From NCBI GenBank assembly GCA_043808785.1, contig JAZDEL010000004.1, forward strand, positions 120,001 to 152,000: a DNA stretch of 32,000 bases, given 5' to 3'. This document shows, in pieces, positions 1-6,221 of the stretch. The notes under the pieces are model-generated. The model ran no database searches, had not been told where the DNA came from, and worked only from the letters and a program-made list of their open reading frames with translations. The translations under genes and the position numbers were made by a program. Position 1 is the first letter of the stretch, and every line of letters begins with the position of its first letter. The stretch is from Candidatus Iainarchaeum sp. GTDB lineage: Archaea; Iainarchaeota; Iainarchaeia; Iainarchaeales; JAZDEL01.

Positions 1-1323
1 ATGAGCGACAAGTATGCGGAAGGCGACAAGGTGTCGCTCTGGTGCAAGGGCACAGATAACCCGGAATCCAAAGATGCATACTTGAAAAAGAACGCGCCTT
101 CTTACGATTGGGGCTATGTGCAATGGTACGTCAAAGGCTCGACAACCAACAACTGCGACCCGTGCAAAAAGGACACCACGCTTAGGGCAATGTATGACAA
201 CAAAGGCATGGCATTCGACTGCACGGCGCTGTGCCAGAACACCACGGCGCCGCAGCCCGAATGCGGAAACGGGACCAAAGAGGGCGAAGAAGAATGTGAT
301 GCCCCCGACCTTGATAACAAGCAGTGCAGCGATTTCACCGATTCTAAGGGCAATCAGTACAAATACGGCGAACTGAAATGCACAAGCGGCTGTGAGTTCG
401 ACACAAGCGGCTGCGGCTACTGCGGCGACGGCGACATCGACTTACCCTACGAGCAGTGCGACGGCGGAGGCTGCGGGGCGGGGGAAACGTGCAGCGACTC
501 GTGCTTCTGCACGGGCGGCGGCGGAACTGACGAGGACGTTTCAATAAGAATTCTCAGCGCAAACCCGCCGGGGGTCATCCAGGGCAGAAGCGTAGTGATT
601 TCTGCCGGAATAGAGAACAGCTATAGCGAGAGCAAAACCCTGGATGTTAAGTTCGAGATAAAAAACACCAGCAACCCGGGCTTTAAAGAGAAAACCTGCT
701 ATGAGCAGGTTACGATCGGCCCAGGAACCGGGCAGTCAGTCACACATTCGTTTGGCGGCAGCGGCGGTTTCGGCATCATGCGCTGCGGGGACGACGTTTA
801 CTTCGACAATATTGGGGACAGATACCGGGCAATTGTGAGCATTGAAGGCATCGAACCGCCGGAGGCGGACGACGACACATCGGATAACTACAAGGACGAT
901 GCATATTTCGAAATCGTCAGGGGCATAACCCCGCCGTCGGAAACGTTGGAGGACTGCTTCAACGGCGAGGATGACGACGGCGACGGCTTGATTGACTGCA
1001 TGGACAAGGACTGCCCGTGCCCGAGCGGAGAAACATGCAACCCGACGACATATAAGTGCGAGGCGACAGGCACGCCCGGCCGCTGCGGTGACGGCAACTT
1101 TGACCCAAGCACCGAGCAGTGCGACGAATCCGCAGGTGTCGGCGACGATTACTGCGTTAGCCAGCACGGCGGCGAAGCTGGCTGGACGTGCCAGAACTGC
1201 ATCTGCGTACCGCCCGGGGGCGGCGGCACAGGCGGCGGCTTCATCCCCGAACTGCCGATTTTCTTCGTGCCAGCGATGCTCGGCGCAGTGCTTGCGATAA
1301 TTTTCCTGAGCCGCAGGAAATAG
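1..1323 (+). CDS. Secreted cysteine-rich repeat surface protein with PEF-CTERM-like C-terminal anchor (true start may lie upstream of the window)
   Basis: ORF open from base 1. Three CG[ND]G-x(5-9)-E[EQ]CD repeats (CGNGTKEGEEECD, CGDGDIDLPYEQCD, CGDGNFDPSTEQCD). Acidic CFNGEDDDGDGLIDCMDKDC motif. Gly-rich linker, then FIPELP + hydrophobic helix + SRRK at the C-terminus. Confidence 0.6.
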   Translation: MSDKYAEGDKVSLWCKGTDNPESKDAYLKKNAPSYDWGYVQWYVKGSTTNNCDPCKKDTTLRAMYDNKGMAFDCTALCQNTTAPQPECGNGTKEGEEECDAPDLDNKQCSDFTDSKGNQYKYGELKCTSGCEFDTSGCGYCGDGDIDLPYEQCDGGGCGAGETCSDSCFCTGGGGTDEDVSIRILSANPPGVIQGRSVVISAGIENSYSESKTLDVKFEIKNTSNPGFKEKTCYEQVTIGPGTGQSVTHSFGGSGGFGIMRCGDDVYFDNIGDRYRAIVSIEGIEPPEADDDTSDNYKDDAYFEIVRGITPPSETLEDCFNGEDDDGDGLIDCMDKDCPCPSGETCNPTTYKCEATGTPGRCGDGNFDPSTEQCDESAGVGDDYCVSQHGGEAGWTCQNCICVPPGGGGTGGGFIPELPIFFVPAMLGAVLAIIFLSRRK

Positions 1324-1349
1324 GCGTTCCGCCAAATGCTGGCAAGGCA

Positions 1350-1361
1350 AATAAATTTATT
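1350..1361 (+). promoter_or_regulatory. TATA-like AT palindrome upstream of hicB (possible promoter of a leaderless transcript)
   Basis: aataaatttatt is a perfect 12-nt palindrome centred about 27 nt upstream of the ATG at 1383. No GGAGG-type RBS lies in between. Confidence 0.35.
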
Positions 1362-1382
1362 AACTCATTCAGGCACTAATTA

Positions 1383-1613
1383 ATGGTGAGACAAATGAAA
1401 AAAAGGTTCTTTGAGGTTGTAATCGAAAAGGACGAGGAAGGCTGGTATATCGCGGATGTTCCCGCACTTCAGTCGTGCCACACACAGGGCAGGACAAAGC
1501 AGGAAGTCCTGAAGAACATAAAGGAAGCGATAGAACTCTGCCTCGAAGTAGAGGCGGACAAGGCAAAGAGCAGCGGGTTCGTGGGCATAGAAAAGGTCTC
1601 GGTTTATGCCTGA
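1383..1613 (+). CDS. hicB: HicB-family antitoxin
   Basis: 76 aa. FEVVIEKDEEGWYIADVPALQSCHTQGRTKQEVLKNIKEAIELCLE matches the HicB/UPF0150 N-terminal fold signature. Overlaps the downstream hicA by 8 nt. Confidence 0.8.
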   Translation: MVRQMKKRFFEVVIEKDEEGWYIADVPALQSCHTQGRTKQEVLKNIKEAIELCLEVEADKAKSSGFVGIEKVSVYA

Positions 1614-1824
1614 AACAATAAAAACCCACAAACTGCTGAAACTGCTCAAGGAACTCGGCTTCGGGCAGGTTAGGCAGAAGGGTTCACACGTATTTTTCCA
1701 GCATCCTGACGGCAGGACAACATTGGTTCCGCTGCACAGCGAGATACGTGCTAAACTTCTCACAAAAATAATAAAGCAGGATTTGAAAATGGATAAAGAG
1801 GAATTCTTCAGGAAACTAGGGTGA
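1606..1824 (+). CDS. hicA: HicA mRNA-interferase toxin
   Basis: 72 aa. LLKLLKELGFGQVRQKGSHVFFQHPDGRTTLVPLH is the HicA (YcfA) signature, including the GSH motif. Confidence 0.85.
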   Translation: MPETIKTHKLLKLLKELGFGQVRQKGSHVFFQHPDGRTTLVPLHSEIRAKLLTKIIKQDLKMDKEEFFRKLG

Positions 1825-1850
1825 ACGCGCTCAGAGCATGCGCTGCATCC

Positions 1851-2267
1851 CTATTTATTCCCAAGTTCGGAAAGCAGTTCCCCTGTTGAAATAATTTTCA
1901 CCCTGTTCTGCCTTTTCAGCGCTGCATCGTTCGACCAGACGGTGCAGCCAAGGTGCAGGGCAAGGGCGATGTATGCGACATCATCTCTATCGGGGGAGAT
2001 TTCCTTTGCCAGCGCCTCACGGTTCCTGAAATCCTCAAAGGGGACAACAACCATCTCGGAAAGTTCCAGCAGTTCGTCAAGCAGGCGGCTTATTTCCCTT
2101 TCGGAAAGGCCTGCCTTTTCCTGAAGTTCGGGAAGGTGCTTTTTGATTTCCCGAATCGAGAACTCTGGCGTGAAGAAATCAATTCCTGAGAGGAGGAGCG
2201 TGCTGCGCGTTGCGCCACCCTTAATCAGCGCGGAAAATATGATGTTTGCGTCCACAACAAGAAGCAT
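1851..2267 (-). CDS. PIN-domain protein (VapC-like toxin)
   Basis: 138 aa. N-terminal MLLVVDANIIFSAL with the PIN Asp, internal acidic residues (TPEFSIRE, DRDDVAYIALA) and C-terminal WSNDAAL. Sits 4 nt downstream of a small antitoxin-like ORF. Confidence 0.75.
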   Translation of the reverse strand: MLLVVDANIIFSALIKGGATRSTLLLSGIDFFTPEFSIREIKKHLPELQEKAGLSEREISRLLDELLELSEMVVVPFEDFRNREALAKEISPDRDDVAYIALALHLGCTVWSNDAALKRQNRVKIISTGELLSELGNK

Positions 2268-2271
2268 ACGC

Positions 2272-2496
2272 TCAGCCCTGCCCGAATTTGGCAGAGACCG
2301 AATGCTTTACTTTTCGCCCAAGCGCTATTGTTTCCTTCTCGGAAAGTTTGCTTTTAGCAAGCTTCCTGTCCATTTTTTCAAGGAACGCGATGCGCTCGGC
2401 AATCGCCTTCCTTGCCACGGCAGACCAGTTCAGTTCGGGAAAAAGGCACATTTTTTCCTTGAGTTCCTCGGGAACAGATATTGTTACTGTCGACAT
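2272..2496 (-). CDS. Small antitoxin-like protein paired with the PIN gene
   Basis: 74 aa. MSTVTISVPEELKEKM...NWSAVARKAIAERI resembles the small archaeal antitoxin partners of PIN proteins. The operon geometry fits. Confidence 0.55.
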   Translation of the reverse strand: MSTVTISVPEELKEKMCLFPELNWSAVARKAIAERIAFLEKMDRKLAKSKLSEKETIALGRKVKHSVSAKFGQG

Positions 2497-2551
2497 TTGT
2501 TACCACAATATATACTGTGCTAGCACAGTATTTAAATATTTCGGGAAAGGC

Positions 2552-3454
2552 TCAGAGCATGCGGGTTACTTTCCCCTCAAACAAAAGCAGCGATGTCTCC
2601 GCCTGCGTTACGAACTTTCCCTCATCCTCGTGCAGGATTGGGAAAGCGCGTATGCATTTCCTCTGGATAAGTTCGCGCAACCCGACCTTTAAAGCAAACT
2701 CGGAAAGCCCCAAACCCTTCTCAAGCCAGCGCTGTGCAAAGGGAAGTGTCTGGTATTCCGCATCAATAAATTCAAGAATCTGCCTTGCATAAGGGCTGCG
2801 CACGGGAACAACGTCCTCAATCTGGAATATCTCCGCCTGCACCCCCTCCCTTATCATGCCCCTTCCGTCTGTTGCAAAGGGCTCGATTGCAATGCATGTG
2901 CCGTCCTCAAGCGCCCTGCCGTCCCTTGTTTCAATATTGGGTATGCTCGGCGGCGCGTGCTGCACATACTGTTCCAAAGTGTGCCCTGAAAGGTTCTGCA
3001 CAGGCTTGAAGCCGTAGGAGGTTATTGTTTTCTCTATCTCCGCGCCAATTTTGCTCAGGGCGGCGCCGGGCTTTGCAACCGAAACAGCGTTCTCAAGCGC
3101 CGATTCCGCAGCCTCAACCATCTTCGCGTGCCCGCCGGAAAGGTCAACAGTAAAGGCGCAGTCCGCTACATAACCGTCGATATGAACCCCTATATCCACC
3201 TTTAAAACATCCCCCTCCTCGAGCAGGGTTTCATCCCCCGAAGCGGGGGTATAATGCGCGGCATAATTGTTCTTGGAAAGGTTCACGGGAAAGGCGGGTT
3301 TTGCTGACTTATCAAGGGCTGTGATGCCCTGCTCGATGCGCTCCGCAATATCCAGCAGTTTTTCCCCTGTTTTGATGCTTTTTTTGGCTTTATCGCGCAC
3401 CTGTGCGAGAATTTTGCCCGCTTTTATGTATTTTTCCGCCTCTCTTTTATCCAT
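2552..3454 (-). CDS. map: Methionine aminopeptidase, type 2 (archaeal)
   Basis: 300 aa. AAHYTP, LKVDIGVHIDGYVADCAFT (two metal Asp), LSGHTLEQY (His), IAIEPFAT (Glu) and TQAETSLL (Glu) form the MetAP pita-bread metal-ligand pattern, with the archaeal-type insertion. Confidence 0.9.
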   Translation of the reverse strand: MDKREAEKYIKAGKILAQVRDKAKKSIKTGEKLLDIAERIEQGITALDKSAKPAFPVNLSKNNYAAHYTPASGDETLLEEGDVLKVDIGVHIDGYVADCAFTVDLSGGHAKMVEAAESALENAVSVAKPGAALSKIGAEIEKTITSYGFKPVQNLSGHTLEQYVQHAPPSIPNIETRDGRALEDGTCIAIEPFATDGRGMIREGVQAEIFQIEDVVPVRSPYARQILEFIDAEYQTLPFAQRWLEKGLGLSEFALKVGLRELIQRKCIRAFPILHEDEGKFVTQAETSLLLFEGKVTRML

Positions 3455-3477
3455 GCCAACCAGCCCGAATTAAGCAA

Positions 3478-3668
3478 TAAACAAGGCAAACAAGCCCGAA
3501 CAACCAAAAAAACAAACCCAAACAACCGAAAACAAACCCGCAACAATAAACCAAAAAAACCCCCGTTAACCCGCGAAGCGGGTTATTTTTCGGTTTTTTT
3601 GTTTTTTGGGTTTTGTGTTTTTTGCGTTTTGGCGTTTGTTTGTTTTTTTTGTGTTTTGCCTGTTTTGC
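3478..3668. repeat. Long imperfect inverted repeat with A/C-only left arm and G/T-only right arm
   Basis: Left arm (aaacaaggcaaacaagcccgaacaaccaaaaaaacaaaccc...) is almost free of T. Right arm (...cggtttttttgttttttgggttttgtgttttttgcgttttggcg...) is almost free of A. The arms are approximate reverse complements around a perfect hairpin aacccgc-gaa-gcgggtt at 3568-3584. Lies in the divergent spacer between map and tRNA-Arg. Confidence 0.7.
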
Positions 3669-3734
3669 GTGGTTTCCGCACGCGCGCAAACCATAGGGAT
3701 TAAATACAAAAAGGCATAAAAATGAATGAGAACA

Positions 3735-3890
3735 GGCCCCGTGGTGTAGCCTGGATAGCATAGTAGCTTGCGGTTACTGGAGGGAAGCGAAGGCTTGGCC
3801 CGGCGAGCGAAAGCGAGCCGGTCCGGATCGTCGCCGGATCCCTCCGGCGGCGGAAAGCTGCTGACCGGGGTTCAAATCCCCGCGGGGTCG
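3735..3890 (+). tRNA. tRNA-Arg(GCG) with an intron of about 82 nt after position 37
   Basis: Acceptor GGCCCCG/CGGGGTC. D-arm GTGT-AGCCTGGATA-GCAT. Anticodon stem GTAGC (3763-3767) pairs with GCTGC (3857-3861). Loop is TT-GCG-G [intron 3774-3855] A. T-arm CGGGG-TTCAAAT-CCCCG. Discriminator G. The intron folds internally (ctggaggga/tccctccgg). The exact splice positions were not verified. Confidence 0.7.
3879..3889 (+). repeat. Candidate attL core (inside the tRNA-Arg T-stem/acceptor 3' strand)
   Basis: cccgcggggtc is identical to 15064-15074. Confidence 0.4.
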
Positions 3891-3914
3891 TAAGGGCTGA
3901 AAGCACCAAATACC

Positions 3915-3947
3915 CCCCTGCGCTTTTAAATAGAAAAAGCACAGGGG
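3915..3947 (+). promoter_or_regulatory. 13-bp-stem hairpin between the tRNA and the integrase start
   Basis: cccctgcgctttt (3915-3927) pairs with aaaagcacagggg (3935-3947), 12 of 13 pairs. Ends 6 nt before the int ATG. Confidence 0.4.
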
Positions 3948-3953
3948 TGTTAT

Positions 3954-5285
3954 ATGGTGGAAGCGAGCATACACAATTACGATAAAAGTTTGGGGCGTTA
4001 CCTTGCCCTGATAAAAGGCGAGCGCACTCTGGACAAGAAGGACAGGCATAAACTGATTTACGCCGAGCCTATTTCGAAAGGCAAGGCGGATTTAATTTTG
4101 GAATACATAGCGCAGCGGGGCAAATTGGGCAAACGGCATTCCACTCTGGAGGTGGATGCAAGGTTCTTGCGCATTGCCGCACAGAAACTCAAAGGCGAGT
4201 TCGACTTTTCGCAGGATAACATGGACAACCTGAACGCCCTTTATGATTGGGCGATAGGGCAGGAGAGCAGGGAGGTTGCGACCATAAACAAATTGATTAA
4301 GGTTTTTCGCGCCTTCGGAACGTGGCACTACAACCGCGACCCGAAGAACAGGGTAAAAATAATGCGCGGGCACTTCCCGCCCTCGCTTTGCGGCTGGCAG
4401 TTGCTCCAAAAGAACGGCAGCATGAGGACGGAAAAAGGTGAGGCTCGGAAGCGGTTGCTTAACGACCCCGACAGCAGGCTGACGCTTGCGGATTACCGGC
4501 GGCTCATACGGGCGGCAGGGAGCGACCAACTGCGGGCCTACTTTGCGCTATGCGCCGATTGCGGAGCTCGGGGAGGAGAAAGCGGGGCGCTTATGGTTGG
4601 CGACATACGCGACAACGCAATAGCCGACCCGAAGCGCCCGTTTCTGGCCGTGCATTTCAGGCGGACAAAGACAGGCAGCGCAAACACCTTGCCCGTGCTG
4701 AACTGCAAGCCGCTGGTGCTGCGCTGGATTGAGAAGCACCCGATTGTGCAGAAGATGCGGGCACGGGGAGAAACCGACTTTTCAAACGTGCCGCTGTTCA
4801 TAAACGGGCGCGGGGCTTGCGTAAAATACAACGGCATTGCAAAAAGGCGCAGGACTGTGTTCGAGGCTGCGGGCATAACCAAGCCGAGCCAAACGCACCA
4901 CGACAGGCGCAGCATTGCGGGGATATATGCGGAACACTTCAGCGACAAGGCGCTGGATGCGTGGTTCAGTTGGAACAGCGGAAAAATGAGCAGCAGGTAT
5001 GTTAAATTTGCGACCGACCAACTCTGGGCGCAATACCTGAAGTTCTACAACAACCCCGAAAACATCCTGCGCAATGTGGAGTGCAAGAAGTGCGGGCGCA
5101 TAGGCATGAATGGCATAGAGGACTATTGTGAGTGCGGCTCGCCCTTTGAGGCAATAACAGTGCTCGCGCCGAAGGGGAGCGACACCGTGAGAAGTGCGGA
5201 GAAACAGGACGCGCTCATGGCGGCACTTGAGGCACTCTCGCGCAAGGTTGCACTGCTGGAGGTTGCCAACCAAAAAGTTATTTAA
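3954..5285 (+). CDS. int: Tyrosine recombinase / integrase
   Basis: 443 aa. Catalytic pattern R (CGARGGESGAL), H-x-x-R (HHDRRSIAGIY) and Y (SSRYVKF). C-terminal zinc-ribbon-like CKKCGRIGMNGIEDYCEC. Starts 63 nt after tRNA-Arg on the same strand. Confidence 0.85.
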   Translation: MVEASIHNYDKSLGRYLALIKGERTLDKKDRHKLIYAEPISKGKADLILEYIAQRGKLGKRHSTLEVDARFLRIAAQKLKGEFDFSQDNMDNLNALYDWAIGQESREVATINKLIKVFRAFGTWHYNRDPKNRVKIMRGHFPPSLCGWQLLQKNGSMRTEKGEARKRLLNDPDSRLTLADYRRLIRAAGSDQLRAYFALCADCGARGGESGALMVGDIRDNAIADPKRPFLAVHFRRTKTGSANTLPVLNCKPLVLRWIEKHPIVQKMRARGETDFSNVPLFINGRGACVKYNGIAKRRRTVFEAAGITKPSQTHHDRRSIAGIYAEHFSDKALDAWFSWNSGKMSSRYVKFATDQLWAQYLKFYNNPENILRNVECKKCGRIGMNGIEDYCECGSPFEAITVLAPKGSDTVRSAEKQDALMAALEALSRKVALLEVANQKVI

Positions 5286-5342
5286 GGGGGGAATAAAAAC
5301 ATGCCCCTTTAAAAAGGGATATATACCCAAGTGTTATCCAAT

Positions 5343-5471
5343 ATGCAAACGTTGCAAAAGACCGAACGGGTTATAAAAATTACCCCACGCGCATACGCTG
5401 GCTTAAAAGCCGCGAAACTGTACGCGAGGGAAACCTACTCGGACACGATTGAACGCTTGCTAAAAAAATGA
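5343..5471 (+). CDS. Small RHH/VapB-like antitoxin-family protein (42 aa, below the ORF-track cutoff)
   Basis: My translation is MQTLQKTERVIKITPRAYAGLKAAKLYARETYSDTIERLLKK. The I-x-I-x(3)-Y-x(2)-L-x(2)-K...E[ST][FY]SD[VT]I-x(2)-LL pattern is typical of small archaeal antitoxins that precede PIN genes. ATGA overlap with the next ORF. Confidence 0.5.
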   Translation: MQTLQKTERVIKITPRAYAGLKAAKLYARETYSDTIERLLKK

Positions 5472-5641
5472 AGCCGTTGGTTTGCGATACCTCGGCGGAT
5501 ATGGGAAAAAAAAGAGCATCAAATAGGAAAACGCGCTTCGGCGTTTTCCGCGCAAGTGAAGTTCGGATAGTTCCGAACAGATGCGACAAAGCCCAACGCT
5601 GGCGAAAGTCCAGCAAGACCCAAATGGGGGGCGGAGACTAA
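5468..5641 (+). pseudogene. Possible degraded PIN (vapC) remnant
   Basis: 57-aa ORF beginning MKPLVCDTSA (PIN-like N-terminal Asp motif), translationally coupled to the antitoxin-like ORF. The remainder is basic low-complexity without PIN motifs. Contains a perfect 9-bp hairpin, ggaaaacgc-gcttcg-gcgttttcc, at 5526-5549. Confidence 0.25.
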
Positions 5642-5723
5642 TTCTTCTCCGCGGCACCGTTCGATGCACACGATGTGATGAGAAAAGTTAAAGTGTGTAG
5701 CGAAAGCCGCGGAGGCAAAAAAA

Positions 5724-5903
5724 ATGGAAACGGAAAAAACGGGAATTAAAAAAATACGCAGCAGCCATAAGGCTGCGCCAGATTTGGCGGGCAACCTGTG
5801 GGCAGACCTGAAAAGGCACAGCCCAGCGGCTTTTGAACTGTTTAAGCATGATTGGGAAGAATACACCGCAGCCATCGGCAGGGAGGCTGAAAATAAAAGT
5901 TAA
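5724..5903 (+). CDS. Hypothetical small protein (59 aa, below the ORF-track cutoff)
   Basis: GGAGG at 5711-5715 lies 8 nt before the ATG. Translation is METEKTGIKKIRSSHKAAPDLAGNLWADLKRHSPAAFELFKHDWEEYTAAIGREAENKS. Followed by a GGGGG/CCCCC hairpin. Confidence 0.45.
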   Translation: METEKTGIKKIRSSHKAAPDLAGNLWADLKRHSPAAFELFKHDWEEYTAAIGREAENKS

Positions 5904-5942
5904 AAAAAAGAAGGGGGCTTGCACCCCCAGAGATGATGTCCT

Positions 5943-6221
5943 ATGATTGTTGCGTCCACGAGTTTTATAAGTGCAGGGGTTTTTTCTACAAAACCCATAC
6001 AGGCAGTTGTGCCACGCCGCAGAGTGTGTGCGCTCTGTTTGAACGATTCGGGAAGGCTTAAGCGAACTGTTTCTCATAAGGGGCAAAAGTTGAATTTCCT
6101 CTGCGGGGCTTGCATGAAAAAACTCGGACGCCCTGAATGCCAGCGGCTTCTTGAGCAATTACCCTTTCATGAAAACCAAACGAATTTTTGCAAAAATAAA
6201 ACCAGCGGAGGCGATGCTTAA
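5943..6221 (+). CDS. Zinc-ribbon protein, paralog of the ORF at 7930-8169
   Basis: RVCALCLNDSGRLKRTVSHKGQKLNFLCGACMKKL has a CxxC...CxxC pattern. Its stop overlaps the start of the Rep gene (TAATG at 6219-6223). Confidence 0.5.
   Translation: MIVASTSFISAGVFSTKPIQAVVPRRRVCALCLNDSGRLKRTVSHKGQKLNFLCGACMKKLGRPECQRLLEQLPFHENQTNFCKNKTSGGDA

Noticed and set aside
736-1350. 204-aa - strand ORF, plus other short ORFs, overlapping the surface-protein gene
   Set aside because: It is antisense to a motif-rich + strand gene. Its Arg/Ala/Val-rich composition is typical of shadow frames in GC-rich coding DNA.
3447-3761. 104-aa - strand ORF with Lys-rich and Phe/Gly/Cys-rich halves
   Set aside because: It is simply the translation of the A/C and G/T arms of the low-complexity inverted repeat, and it runs into the tRNA-Arg gene.
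5194-5376. 60-aa + strand ORF with CxxC pairs overlapping the integrase 3' end
   Set aside because: It is out of frame with int for most of its length and has no RBS. The 42-aa antitoxin-like ORF in another frame explains the downstream part better.
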